A DNA stretch of 64,000 nucleotides from Lama guanicoe (lineage: Eukaryota), in assembly GCA_013239625.1 (NCBI GenBank), contig MU053365.1:248001-312000 (forward strand), read 5' to 3'. Position numbers and translations under genes: made by a program. Each line of letters opens with the position of its first letter. The first letter of the stretch is position 1. The notes beneath the pieces were generated by a model that did no database searches, was not told the DNA's origin, and saw only the letters and a list, made by a program, of their open reading frames with translations. Below are positions 13,895 through 26,597 of the stretch, piece after piece.

Positions 13895-15943
13895 CCTCCA
13901 CTACTTCGTAGGGACCAAGAGGCCGAAGGTCACTCAAGCTTGGGTTGAATAAAACCTCTATAAGCATGGCTTTTCCATTTTATTGTTGCTAATGGCATAG
14001 TCACAACTACATCTATAGAAACAGTTCCAATAATACATTGACTACTCTGCAAATCCCAAGTTCCAGCACCCGTAAAATTGCAGCATGCACACAGCCCGCT
14101 GCTCTCTGAGGGTTAATACGCTGTGAACACGTTTCTGCATCTTGAAATGAACAGAAAGCCTTATTCAGACCTCCGGCCTTGTCTCAGTCCCGCTGTTAAT
14201 ATGATAGACCCGGCCAAATGCTATCAGGGAAGTATGATTTATACATGAAAGATATCGTCAGAAATGGTTGGGGAGAAATGCATGAAGGGAAGGGACATTT
14301 CATTTGTCTTCATGTAACTCTTTAAAACCAGCGAGAGTAGCACGATGACCGTGTTCTTCAATAAGCCTTTGATACGGCATTAGGAATCTGACATGGTAGC
14401 TCTTGATGGGCCATTACTACCTGCTTTGGATGCCAAGGACTTTCATCCACTCCAGAGGTATCTTAATGAGGCAGGAAAGGTGTATCTGGGAAATAAAATC
14501 ATCACCTAAGCGCGGCTTTTCTTCTTTGTGAATCATGCCCTCTTTCTGGTCTCTCCTTTCCATTTCAAAAGTTGGTCTGGGCAGAGAGAAGCCTGCTGGA
14601 GTTTTAGGAACAAGAAGCCCACGCTGTTGGCCCCCCCTGGACTCCCTGATTTTTTCCAGCCCAGGCAGGGAGCCGGCAGTCTGGTGTTTGCTGTGGGGCG
14701 GCCTCTCCCGGGTGCTTTCCTCCCTCCAGCTTTCTCCTTTGTGCTGGGCTTCAAAGGGGTAAAATGCGGAGTCGGTGGGCACATTTAGCAGTTGAAATAG
14801 AAACAATGGCTTTTCAAAAGGGTGCCACCGAGACAGAGGTTTGGAAAGTGGCTTGAGGGGCATTTCTGGGACCACGGAGAGTTCAGCAGTGCGTGGCGAG
14901 TTGCTGCCTTCAACAGAGCTTTGCCAGCATTCAGGAGACTTTCAACTCCAAGCTTCTGCATTTATTTAATTTTAAAGGGGGCAAGAAAAGAAATCGGGCT
15001 CATTCTTCAGACGCAAGTCACCAGGAGCCCTGCCTGTCTTCTGCACGGAAGCCTGTGTTAATCCGTAAAAAATTGATTTATGTCACTGCCAGTTATGTGC
15101 TCGTGCGGAGACCAGAGCAGGCCCCATCGAGATGAAGGGCCGCTCCTCCTGCCGCATTGGTGTGAAGAACTTAGCAACAGAATCGCCCCAGTCTTCTCCT
15201 CCTCCCGCCCCTCCTCCCCACACCTTTCTTCTGGGAAAGACAGATTTCGGGTGTATTAAAGGAATAGTGTTTGCTTAATGATGCACTTAATGAAAGTCCT
15301 TGATCAATGATAATTTGTGGGCTTCTCATAGGGGAGGCTTGAAAAGCACAATCATTTAGCTAGTAACTGTTTTCTCAAGCAAAAGGGGGAAAATCGATGC
15401 TCAGGTCTAACAATCTGCAAGAATATGACAGAAAGATCTGGATGGATAAATGCTAGATAGACAAAAGCGGCGGATGAGGCGGGGGGAGGGGGTGTCAGCC
15501 AAATGATAATTGGTGAAGCGGAGATGAAAAACGGTGAGGGTGAGTGGCGGTGTAAACAAGTGGGTTAAATAAAACGAGAGATGAAATAAAGAGGGGGTCG
15601 GGTAGCAAGGGCACACTCGCTGAAATCAGCAAGTTGGGAGACCAAAAAAGGAAAAGAAGCACAATATGGAGATCAAAACTAAAATTAAATTGTCTGTAAA
15701 GGATGACAGTGAAACAAGGTGAACCGTCGTTAGGTAATCAGGCAGTAATTCAGTCAGGAATTCAATGCAGAGAGGAATGGGATCCGTCCCCCACTCCCAC
15801 CATGTGACAAGCAGAAACCTGGAGGAAGGAGGAGGGGTGTCACCCCCACTACAACCCACCAGGGGCTCCGTGGGGGTAATGGGATGGCCAAAAGGTCTGC
15901 AGCCAAGCGGAGCATCACCACTTCTTCAAACCTCGGACTCTTT

Positions 15944-16130
15944 CTATGTGTGTCTGTTTCCAGTTTGTAAATAAGTTAGCTTGTATCAAACCTATAGTGG
16001 AAAAGAATCTGAAAAAGAACATATATACATACATATATATATATATATGTATATATGTATAATTGAATCACTTTGCTGTACACCCAAAGCTAACCCAACA
16101 TTGTAAATCAACTATACTTCAATTAAAAAA
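15944..16130 (+). mobile_element. Short L1 3' end with inverted 5' segment
   Basis: TSD aaacc(tc/a)ggactcttt at about 15928-15943 and 16131-16145; 15944-15980 is antisense L1 3'UTR, remainder is sense with an A tail. Confidence 0.75.
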
Positions 16131-18180
16131 AAACCAGGACTCTTTAGGTCAACAGATAGTTTGCTATTCCTGCAACCCTCCCACCCCATATCAGCTCTAA
16201 AATTGCGTGTATGTTCTCATCAGCCCAGAAGACTGCATTAACTTTGCATTCTGCAGTTTGCAATATAAAATCAATAGGTTTCTCTCCTTTTTGAAATATT
16301 CAATTATAATATTTAGAGTGCCTTTTCGAATTCCACAACTCTGAGAATCTGACACCCCCCCACCTTGGAGGATGTAGCCCCCACTCCCCACTGAGAGTCA
16401 CTGACCTCGTGTATCTTTGAATAGCTCCTAAGAGCCAATTAACATGAATCTTTAAAGACAGATTCTTAGCGTTATCAATACCCTTTGTCCAACACTTCTC
16501 TTTAAAGTTAGAGAAACTGAGGCTCGGAGAGAGCAATGGAGTTGTCTAAAGGCATAAAGGCTGAGTCAGATTTAGTACATAATATCCCTTGAGCCCCAAT
16601 CTGTGACTATTTCTGCCTCCTTTCATTAATTTCCAATGCAACTTGGGCTAGGCTGAAATATAACTGGGCTTGATCTGGAAATAAAAAGTCAGTTAAGCCA
16701 AAGAATTTTGTTGCTCAGATTCTAAAAGAAGGTGTCTTATCTGTCTGCTTCAGGAGTCTGGGAGCGACACAGGAGCGGGGTCTACCACCTAGCACAGAAA
16801 CGAGCACATTCTAAGAGTACAGAGGATATCTGGTGAAAAACTAAATGTATGAATCAATTAAAAAGCAATCATGGGAGAGCTGCCTGGTTTAGCACACAGC
16901 TCATGGTGCTCTCTTTCTGGGGTGAGCCTCAGTTTCCAAACTGGTTCAAGAGGAGCAGTGATGCTGTTGCCTGTCTCAAGCAGTCCTGGTGAGGATCGGA
17001 TGCGTATCGAAGTGATTTGTCAACAGGGAAATGTGAGTATTGTACAGAAGAGCCCAGTGAATTTGTTTGATAAGAAGCCCGGGGAACAGAGATAAAGTCC
17101 CCTTCCAGATGGAATTATACAAATCCTTTTCCCGCTGTGAGCTCCCCTCAAGCGAAATTCTACTGTACGCAGCTTTATCTTGGTACACTTAAGGAGAAAC
17201 GCATCTCCGTGAGAGGAGATACGAGTCTTTTCTGACGGAGGTGAGGAGTTGAGGGAGAGTGGAGGTGGTCAAACAGGAGTGGAGCCTTTGGGTTAGGGAA
17301 ATGAAACGAGAGTAGAAGGCAAGTCTGCACCATGACTCTTAAAACTACAGCAAACATCTTGACACTGTGAAGCCAAATTTTAAAGACAAACATTTAAAAA
17401 TCAGAGCACCTCACATCTTGATTACACCCTGCGTAGCATGACATGTACATGGTCATTTTTTAAAGTGTCAGTCCTCTTTAAAATAGAAAGCAGAAAGGGG
17501 AGAGAAGGGCCTTTGAGAAATTAGGCAAAATAAAGAGGACAAGCACAATTAACTGTAAACAAACTCGAGTAAGATTTGAATGGGTTATTTTTCTTCCTTT
17601 AGCTTAGACGTATTTATTTAATTACACATACTGATATTAAAACACTAGTGTGTGGCATTTACAATTCAAGCATACAGTAATTATGGCTCAGTTCTCTACA
17701 AAACAGGTGGTGGGTTTGCACACAGAAAAACAAGGAGCATTGGTTTGATGAGGAAGCGAACAGGAGTTAACCTGTGCTTTGAGGTGGGTGTCTGGGAGCT
17801 TTGGAGAGACCCAGGAGGTGGGAGTTAACCACATGACTGTAATATAGGAAAGTTCTTGAATGGAGAACCAGACACATAAAAATAAAATTGTCTTCTTCTC
17901 TGTATCACGTGTCACAAAGCGAAACAAATGTAGAAAACTCTCCTTGGCAATGCTGGAAGAATGACATCCAGGGAACATTCTAGTTAGTAAAGGTTAGTAT
18001 GTGTCAATGAATTGGGCAGTTTTCTTGTCTCTCATTTGTGAGGTATAAACTCTTGTAGAGACCTTTAATGATCTGTCTTACCTGCTTTATTACCATGAAA
18101 GTAGAAAGTATTGTTAAGGGTTTTTCATTGCTACTCTGGCCCCTCAAGACTATTTTTGTCAGCCATCAACCTCAAAAACA

Positions 18181-18545
18181 GTCATATGTGGAAGCTAAAA
18201 AAAAAAAGGCACAAATGAACTTATTTAGAAAACAGAAACAGACTCACAGACATAGAAAACCAACTTATGGTTACCAGGGGGGAAAGGAGGTGGGAAGGGA
18301 CAAATTGGGAGTTCAAGATTTGCAGATACTAACTACCATATACGAAATAGATAAACAAGTTTCTACTGTCTAGCACAGGGAACGATAATCAATACCTTAC
18401 AGTAACCTATAATGAAAAAGCATATGAAAATGAATATATGTATATATATATGCATGACTGAAACATTTTGCTGTACACCAGAAATTGACATAACATTGTA
18501 AACTGACTATAGCTCAATAAATTTTTTTTAAAAAAAGAAAAAAAG
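18181..18545 (+). mobile_element. L1 3'UTR fragment
   Basis: Matches the 3'UTR of the 6328-7310 element (aatgaacttattt...tgctgtacaccagaaattgaca). Confidence 0.88.
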
Positions 18546-19305
18546 TTTTAAACCACCACCATAATAATCTATTGATCAAGCAAAGTCTGGTTTAAGGTAG
18601 ACAAATCAGTGCTGCGGCTGGGGCCTGATTAAGATTAGACATAGTTTGCGATATATTAATAGTTTGGAATTGGTGAGAACAGTGAGGTGAGGGTTTTGAA
18701 GCAAGCCTTGAAGAATAACAATCATTTCAAGTAAAAAGCCCATTGAATGACCTGTCATTTTGAGAAAGGAATCATTACTTTCATGAGGATTGAGTCTTCT
18801 TTTGTTGACATCAGTGAATTTTCAGGAAGCCTCTGAAACAATCACAAAGTTATATTCAGTCTCATCTTCCTGGATAAGAATTTCATAGAATAGTAAGATC
18901 ACACTCTCAATCCAATGAAGCTGTGTGCCTATAGGTGGTTTCAGTTCTCAAGTGGCAGATGGAGGCTGAGGGTTCTGGTTTCAGGTAAGATGGAGTAATC
19001 ACACTCTAATCTGTATCTCCTATTGACCGTGGCTACAAAATTTAGACAGACTACATGGAGCAGTTATTTGAAGGCTTTGTAAAGTAAATAGTAGAAGGTA
19101 GATTAAAGAGGAAGACCAGAATTTTAAGTACCACCAAAGTGGTGCTGAGCTTTTTCCTCCTGGACTTCCAGTCCTGGGCCCAAGGTAGCCTGGAACCCAC
19201 AGAGGGCTCTGGGAGATGACTTCCAGGTCTGGTTCAAGAAGCAGGAACGTGGATCACTCAGAGACAGCAGGAAAAACCCCCACTTTTACCTTTTATCTTT
19301 CCAAT

Positions 19306-20098
19306 GTTTTTTTTTAACATTTTTATTGAGTTATAATCATTTTACAATGTTGTGTCAATTTCCAGTGTAGAGCACAATTTTTCAGTTATACATGAACATA
19401 CATATATTCATTGTCACATTCTTTTTCACTATGAGCTAACACAAGATCTTGTATATATTTCCCTATTTCCCTGTGCAGTATAATCTTGTTTATCTATTCT
19501 GCATATGCCTGTCAGTATCTACAAATTTTGAAATCCCAATCTGTCCCTCCCCACTTCCCACCCCCTTGGCAACCACAAGTTTGTATTCTATGCCTATGAG
19601 TCTTTCTGTTTTGTATTTATGTTCTTTTTTTTTTTTAGATTCCACATATGAGTGATCTCATATGCTATTTTTTCTTTCTCTTTCTGGCTTACTTCACTTA
19701 GAATGACATTCTCCAGGGACATCCATGTTGCTGCAAATGGCGTTATGCTGTCGGTTTTTATGGCTGAGTAGTATTCCATTGTATAAATATACCACCTCTT
19801 CTTTATCCAGTCATCTGTTGATGGACATTTAGGCTGTTTCCATGTCTTGGCTATTGTAAATAGTGCTGTTATGAACATTGGGGTGCAGGTGTCATTTTGA
19901 AGTAGGGTTCCTTCTGGATATATGTCCAGGAACGAGATTCCTGGGTCATATGGTAAGTCTATTCCTAGTCTTTTGAGGAATCTCCATACTGTTTCCCACA
20001 GTGGCTGCACCAAACTGCATTCCCACCAGCAGTGTAGGAGGGTTCCCTTTTCCCCACAGCCTCTCCAGTATTTGTCATTTGTGGACTTTTGAATGATG
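19306..20098 (-). mobile_element. Young 5'-truncated L1
   Basis: ORF 19594-20160 encodes ORF2 C-terminus (CTPMFITALFTIAKTWKQPKCP); poly(T) on + at 19306. Confidence 0.92.
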
Positions 20099-20501
20099 TT
20101 CTTTTTCATCTCAGTCCCCAGACAGATCCACAATGGTAGTGGTGATGGCAGTAACAACAAAGGGAGCAGGACTCCTAAGTGCCTAAAACTCTGAGAAAGG
20201 GAAACTTTCTTCTCTGATTGGAGGGTGTGAGGTCATAGGAGTCCCACAAATGGAGGAGAAAGAATAAATTCCAGGTAAACTTTGAAGAAACAATAACCAC
20301 CCCCTACCCCAGTTTGGCAAAAGACGTAAGCCTATAGACCTGAGAAGCTTAGTGAAATCCAAACAGATTAATCCCAAAGAAATCCATGCCCAGACACATC
20401 ATAATAAAACTACTAAAACTAAAGGTAAAGTCTTGAAGGCAACCAGAAAAATAACACCACATTACTTATATTACACTGACTTGAACGACGATTTTTCCTC
20501 A

Positions 20502-21018
20502 TAGAGGAACAACACCATCATGGTGCTCTGGTCACCTTGCATGTATCCATGTAGACCACATAGGCAGGGCTAGACCATAATTTGACATAAGCCTTAGGGG
20601 GACCATCCTATGATTCTCCCAAAGCATGGTGCAAAGGCAACCTTGTGAGGAACTATCACTTGCCTCCTTAGCTTGCAAGGGGCTGCCATAAGCCAGGTCC
20701 TCATCTACCTCCCTGGACTGACCACTTTGCCTCCTCCCCTTAAGAAACAATTGCAGGCAATAAGACTGTTTAGCTACAGTCTAGTATTGACTCTTCCATG
20801 AGTGAGCCCTGCTCATGTTGTTAATCATTTGTCCCATCAAGTTCAGTGTCATTCTGCGGGACTAGGGATGCAGAGTGACTCCACGCTGATCTTGCTTATG
20901 CTAAGTAATAAACTGTCTTACTCCATTTGTGCTTGCTGTCTTCTGAGCCAGCTCCTTGGAAGTGCGATAAGCAAACCTAGCAGCTCCCCCCATGCTGCTG
21001 TTCAGAGAATGTCTGACA
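20502..21018 (+). mobile_element. ERV solo LTR (older, ERV1-like)
   Basis: 4-bp TSD CTCA (20498-20501, 21019-21022); AATAAA at about 20907; ends ...tgaca. Confidence 0.7.
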
Positions 21019-21238
21019 CTCAGCAGAAATTATTTAGGCCAGAGAGAAAATGCAACACATTTTTAAAGTGCTGAAAGAAAAGAAACATCAGCCAAGAATT
21101 CTGGGTAGTAATATCCTTCAGGAAGGATGGTAAAGTAAAGACATTCTCAGATGAAGGAAAACTAAGAGTATTTATTGCCAATACAATTTCTCTAAAGATT
21201 TGCTAAGGAAAGTTCTCCATCCTTTGGGGATATGATAC

Positions 21239-21873
21239 TGATGCAGGAAAACGGACCTGGGGCATGAGGAGGGCTGAGTCTCAGGTCTCAGTTGAGCCCC
21301 TGGGACGTGCCCCGCCAGGTGTGGGTCCTTAGCTTCGCACAGGAAAGAATTCAAGTGCGAGCCACCGTTGAGTAAGGGTAGATTTATTTAGAGAGACACA
21401 CATTGCATAGAGTGTAAGGCAAGAGAAAGGCAAGGGAAGAGGTGTGGGAATTGGGTGCTCAGATTAAAGTAACAGTAGGCGCACACTCCACTGACAGAGT
21501 GCGGGCCGTCTCCAAAGAGGAGGGAGTGAAAAGGCGGCTAGGCGTGGGGTTGCCAGTTTTTATGGGCTTGGTAGCTTCACACGCCTACAGGTGGGACCAT
21601 TCCAACTACCCTGGGGAAAGGGCTGAGATTCCCAGGAATTGGGCCACCGCCCTTTCTTTGGCCTTTTGCGGTCAGCCTTGGGGCTGTCATGGCACCTGCG
21701 GGCATGTTATTTAACAGGCTGTTACAGTGAGCATATAATGAAGCTCAAAGTCTACTAGAAGTCAAACCTCTTAATCCTCAAGGCCAACTAGGAGGTGAAT
21801 CTTCCACCATTTTGGTGTTAAATTGCTGTCATTCTTTGAGTGGCTGTGCCCTGCCCCCTCCCCTCCTGTCTCA
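21239..21873 (-). mobile_element. ERV1-like solo LTR (same family as 26676-27270)
   Basis: TG...CA ends; perfect TSD ATAC (21235-21238, 21874-21877); colinear with the reverse complement of 26676-27270. Confidence 0.88.
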
Positions 21874-22466
21874 ATACCAGGAGGAACCCTGGAATATCAG
21901 GAATGAAAGAAGAGCAGCATAAATTGTAAATATCTGGGTAATTAATAGACTAGTCTTCCCATTTGAGTTCTTAAAATATATTTGAGACTTGAAATCACAA
22001 GTTATTACATTGTCTGACTGGGTGTTGATGTATAAAGATGTAATACTTAACACAATTACAACATAAAATAGGGGAGGGTAAAGGGACCAATATGGTGGTA
22101 AGATTTCTGAATTCCTTGGAAGTGGCAATATATTGATTCTAAGTGGACTGTAAAAACTTAAATACGTACATTGTAATTGCTAGAGCGACAAATAGTTTAA
22201 AAAAGAACTAGTAAAAGATATATAATCAAAAATGTAGTAGATAAATTAACACATTACTAATGTTCAAATAGCCTAAAGAAAGCAGAAAAGTGGAAATTTG
22301 GTTGAAAAATAGAGAAACAAACCGAAAACTAATAGTAAATGGTAGATTCAAATAGAGAACAGACCAGTGGCTGCCGGGGTCTAGGATGGGGGAAGTGTCA
22401 CTACAAAGGGCTAGCAGGGGTGGGGAAGTTTTGTGGGGTGACTGTTCCGTATCCTGATTGTGGTGG

Positions 22467-23019
22467 TAGAGGAAGACCCTGTGGGGCCATCCAGGGTACA
22501 AATCCTTTCTCTTTCCCCCATTTCTTGTTTGTAGGAAATAGGCTTCATTCAGCCTCCTTGAACTTCCCTGAGTTCCAAGGGGCAGATTCAAACAGTTGCT
22601 ATTCAACAAAGGGAGGGGATGCAGAGACAAAGGAGGAGCAGTCGGGAAACAATGGTGTAGCCTTGGGGCAGGGTCCTGGGTCCTCCTCAAGGCATATACG
22701 TAAACAATGTCCTTGAGTTCTTCTGCAGGAACTAGGGACCCCACCCAGGTGGAGGATGGTAACTTCAGGCTGAGCACAGGATTCCTGGAGCGCCGCCCTG
22801 TTACCTCACCAGCAACCAATTATGAGGACTCTGACCCCCTCCCCAAATGATTCTCCTTTTAAAAACTCATGGTTGAGCAGAATCTTAGGAGTTGGTTTTT
22901 GAACACAAGTCTCCATTCTGTCCAGGCTGCCGACCTCCAAATAAAGCCACCTTTCCTTTCCAACCAACACTTGTCTCTGGCTTTTGAGTGGGGAGCAGCT
23001 GAACCTGTGTTTGGTAACA
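22467..23019 (+). mobile_element. ERV1-like solo LTR
   Basis: TATA-like tttaaaaa at about 22858, AATAAA at about 22940, ends ggtaaca; interrupts the L1 3' end; no clean TSD found. Confidence 0.7.
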
Positions 23020-25084
23020 TTAAAATTCACAGAACTATACACCCCCAAAAGTCAATTTTACTTTACATTAACTTAAAAAAGAAAATAAAAATCAAGTTTG
23101 TGATTCAACCTACAAAACCAATTACTTTTATTTATTAGTAAGCAGTTTCCAAACTCAAAATTTTTAAATTAACAATAACCAAGACCATTGGGACATTTTC
23201 AATAAAGCTTGGAGAGCTTCTGCAAAATGAAAAAAACAAAGTAATTGAATCTGAAGGAGGTTAGGTAACTTGCGCAGTTCCCACTTTCCTTCCCAGGCAT
23301 TTGTTGCTATCACCTGTGCCACGACATCTCCCCAGTGGCCATGAGGGTCACACACCAGTTCCCTGGGCAGGAACTCAGCCAACTGGTCGCAGGGATGAAA
23401 CTTCCCTGCAGACAGCGCCCTCGCCCACTCTCCCCCTTGAGATACTCGGTACCTTCTGCCTGCTGATGCCTGACTGAACGCATCCCTCTGAACTGTGTTT
23501 CCCCAGTAAACACACTTTTATACGTAGTGATTGCTTGCTGCTCAGAGGCAAAAAAAAGACTCTCTTAGAGCTAATTTTAGAGAGAATTAATAATATCAAC
23601 AATAATAATTACAAATAGGCATTGCTATTCTTTTAAGTCAAATTATATGTTGCTATAAACCAGACCTAAAATATGACTTTCTCTACTAGTGAAAGTCTTA
23701 ATTAAAATGATGCATTTTAATATACTTTGCTACATGATATAAATTATGTCTCAGTACCTCCATTTTTGGATTCTTCCCTTTAATGATCTTTGCTGTGCAG
23801 GGTTAAGGAAGAAGAAAACTGGTGATTAATAAAGGCGTGAACAGGTGGCCACACTGCCTCTGAAAGATCAGCAGTGTCATGATTTCTTAATTATTATTGT
23901 ACTCCGTAAAGGGTTTTAAATATATGATGATGTATTTCCGTCTTTGACTCCTGGCACCCTCTAGCTCCTGGCATTACATTGCATTTCGAATAATAATTAA
24001 TGAGAAGTGAGGCGGCTCCATACATTTTATTCCTTGGGTTTCAGTCTCTTAAGTAACCTTCCTGTCACATTTGCTATGCAAATGTGGCGGTACCGCCTGT
24101 CACTTTGGCAATATGGGGGGTCGCCTCTCAGAACGCGCCTTCAAGTACTCTTTTTTGGAATTAGCATTTTATTCCTGAAAGCAGAATTTTCCATATGCCT
24201 TTCAAAGAAGCAGATGAAAGCTGCATAATTGCTCTGTTTTCATCAAGGTGAATGAACCAATGAAACACTGAAAGTATCAGACAATGGAGGGAAAAAATCA
24301 GCTTGTCTCTCCTCTGGCGGGCTGGTGTCTGTGAAAGGGTCCTAAATGTACAATTAGCTACAGAGTACCTGCCATCTCCTTAATAACCACCCACTTAGTC
24401 GGATAAGTGTCCTGCCTGTCCGGACAAGGCCCGTGTTTGATTAGGGGGAATCATTCAATGTAAATGCTGGCCCAGGCAGCCAATCAAAGGCAGAGTCAGC
24501 TTGTCTATTATAGATCTGTCAATCTTGTCTGTTTGCTTATTAAAGTTTCTGTGGCAGACCCAGGGGCCTCCCTTTGGTATGCTAAGTAGTCCTAAACGAT
24601 GCTAACATCTTGGAGTGAAGTCACAGGCCTTTGAATGACTCTGGGAGAGTCTACAGTCTTCTCCAACTTACCAATGCATTTTGTTCCAAAAGTTTGTTTG
24701 CAAGTCAGTTGTTTGGAACTTGAGGCGCATTTTTCCCATGGAAACAATGTTACAAATGATGAGAAGGTTCCCAGGCCAGTCCACAAAAGCCTATTTAACT
24801 CAGAATATGGCTGGACTCTAGGGCCCGCAGCACCAGGGAGCCAGCCGCCATTAAGATCATTGTTGCTATGGGAAAATGGGCTCCCCAGGCTAATTGTGGA
24901 TGCCGGGAGCAATTCTCCAGCCCTTTCTAGCCTCTGGCAGCTGGAGACTAGACTCCCCAGTCCTTCTTTCCTTCAGGCAGGAAGGTGGCAAGGTGGAAAG
25001 TCCTGGGGGAATCAAGGAGAAGGGGTGTGGGAGGTTCAGGGGCTTGGGAGGTTCAGGAGCTTGGGCAGAAAGTTCTGCTAGGGA

Positions 25085-25270
25085 TAAGGCGGCCGAATGA
25101 GCAAATAAAGATACTGGGTGTCTAGTTAAAGTTGACTTTCAGCTAAATAACGAATACTTTTTCATACATGTCCCGTGCAATACTGGGGACATTCTTAGAC
25201 TTTAAAAAGGCTAGGTTGTGCATCTGAAATTTCAGTCTATCCCGGGTCCTGTATTTTCTCTCACAACCTG
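25085..25270. mobile_element. MER53-like palindromic hAT MITE
   Basis: Degenerate palindrome centred on atgtcccgtgcaatactggggacat; ends cctgtattttctctcacaacct. Confidence 0.65.
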
Positions 25271-25554
25271 AGGTAGGGATCACAAGCTTGGCGGGTTTCC
25301 ATGGCAAGGGTTCTGGAACAGAAAGTCAGGGGTTTAAGAGGGAAGAATGGACTAGGTCAAGGAACGCCTCTTCAGGGAAGCAGCAGGCTGCCGCTTTCCA
25401 TATAAGGGAGCATTTCAGATAACTCAAGTTTATAGCCTTCAGCTCAAGAATGCTTTCGATTTGAGCTCTTTCAGTTGGAAATTTTTCTAAAGCATAGTAC
25501 ATGCTTCCTTGCCTTCTGAAAAGAATGGATATAAATTCATCTCGCTGATTTAAG

Positions 25555-25740
25555 AGTGATGTTATGACCTTGGGAAAATTGTTTAACCTTTCTGTGCCTC
25601 GATTTCCTCATCTGTGTGTGGGGATAGTAATATTAACTTTCTCATTGTTTTATTGTGTGGGTTAAATCTGTTACCCTGCGTCAAGGCTTTAGGACGGTGT
25701 CTGGCTCCTAGTGTTTTGTAGGTGTGGTTTATTGTTATTT
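25555..25740 (+). mobile_element. MIR
   Basis: tgaccttgggaaaattgtttaacctttctgtgcctcgatttcctcatctgt core. Confidence 0.8.
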
Positions 25741-25884
25741 AATTGGCTTCTCTTGTACCTGTGCTCTCGGGAGCAGTGAGCTCCGTGGAACTTCTTGCCC
25801 CAGCATTACATAACCTCATGTAACCTATCCTTCTCTCGCTCTCTCGCTGTCTCTCATGAGCATGCTCTCTCTCTTCCATTGTAT

Positions 25885-26368
25885 TGTGAATGAAAAACAC
25901 TGCAAGCTGCATCAGTAAACAAAGAATGCTGAAGCCATCAAGTCGTCAGCCACTGCCACTGCCCCCCAGTGAAGACAAGCAGGCAGCCTGGCCTCTGCAG
26001 CCACCCTGAGGGGACTCAGAATGTGGAAGGACAGGACACTGGCCCTAGCCAGCTAGGTGCTTGTCAAAGGAAGGAATTCAGTGAGCCCAAATGTTTGCTT
26101 CCTCCCATACATAGAAAAGCGCTAAATTCTTTAACTTGAGATGCCTGGTTTTCTTTAGTTAAAAAGTAAGCTTTTAATGCTCCTACTACCTGATCTCTGT
26201 TGTAAAGCTCCTGTATATCCTAGCCGTTCCCCTACCTCTTCGGAGCAGTCCCTCAGAGCCATGTGAGAGGGTGTCATCCCGGGCTCGAAGGGGTTCGAGT
26301 CCTCAGAAATGTCCGCCGAATAGACCGTAACTCTCAGCTTTTAGGCTGTGCGTTTATTTCAGTCGACA
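25885..26368 (+). mobile_element. ERV1-like solo LTR (484 bp; same family as 59795-60269)
   Basis: TG...CA ends; perfect TSD GTAT (25881-25884, 26369-26372). Confidence 0.9.
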
Positions 26369-26597
26369 GTATATTAACTGTTGCTTTTCTCCTTGTCTAC
26401 AAGCCTCAGTGCTTCTAAGCTGGTGCCTTGTTTGCATAATTGATCACATTAAAGCCTGAAGTTCGCAATGGCTTCCCAGAGAATAGAACATAGATTTAGA
26501 GATACAGAGATATGTATCTATCTATATTTATAATGTAAATGTTCCCCTGTTCCCCAAACATTTTAAAATGTAAATGTTTATCTTACAGCGGGCCCCC

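Larger units (their letters stand above)
18965..23090 (+). mobile_element. Old L1 (L1MC/MD-like) host element fragmented by four nested insertions
   Basis: 5'-like aagatggagta, ORF1-like segments (tttaaagtgctgaaagaaaag, gacattctcagatgaaggaaaactaagag), 3' end segments resuming across each insertion. Confidence 0.65.
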
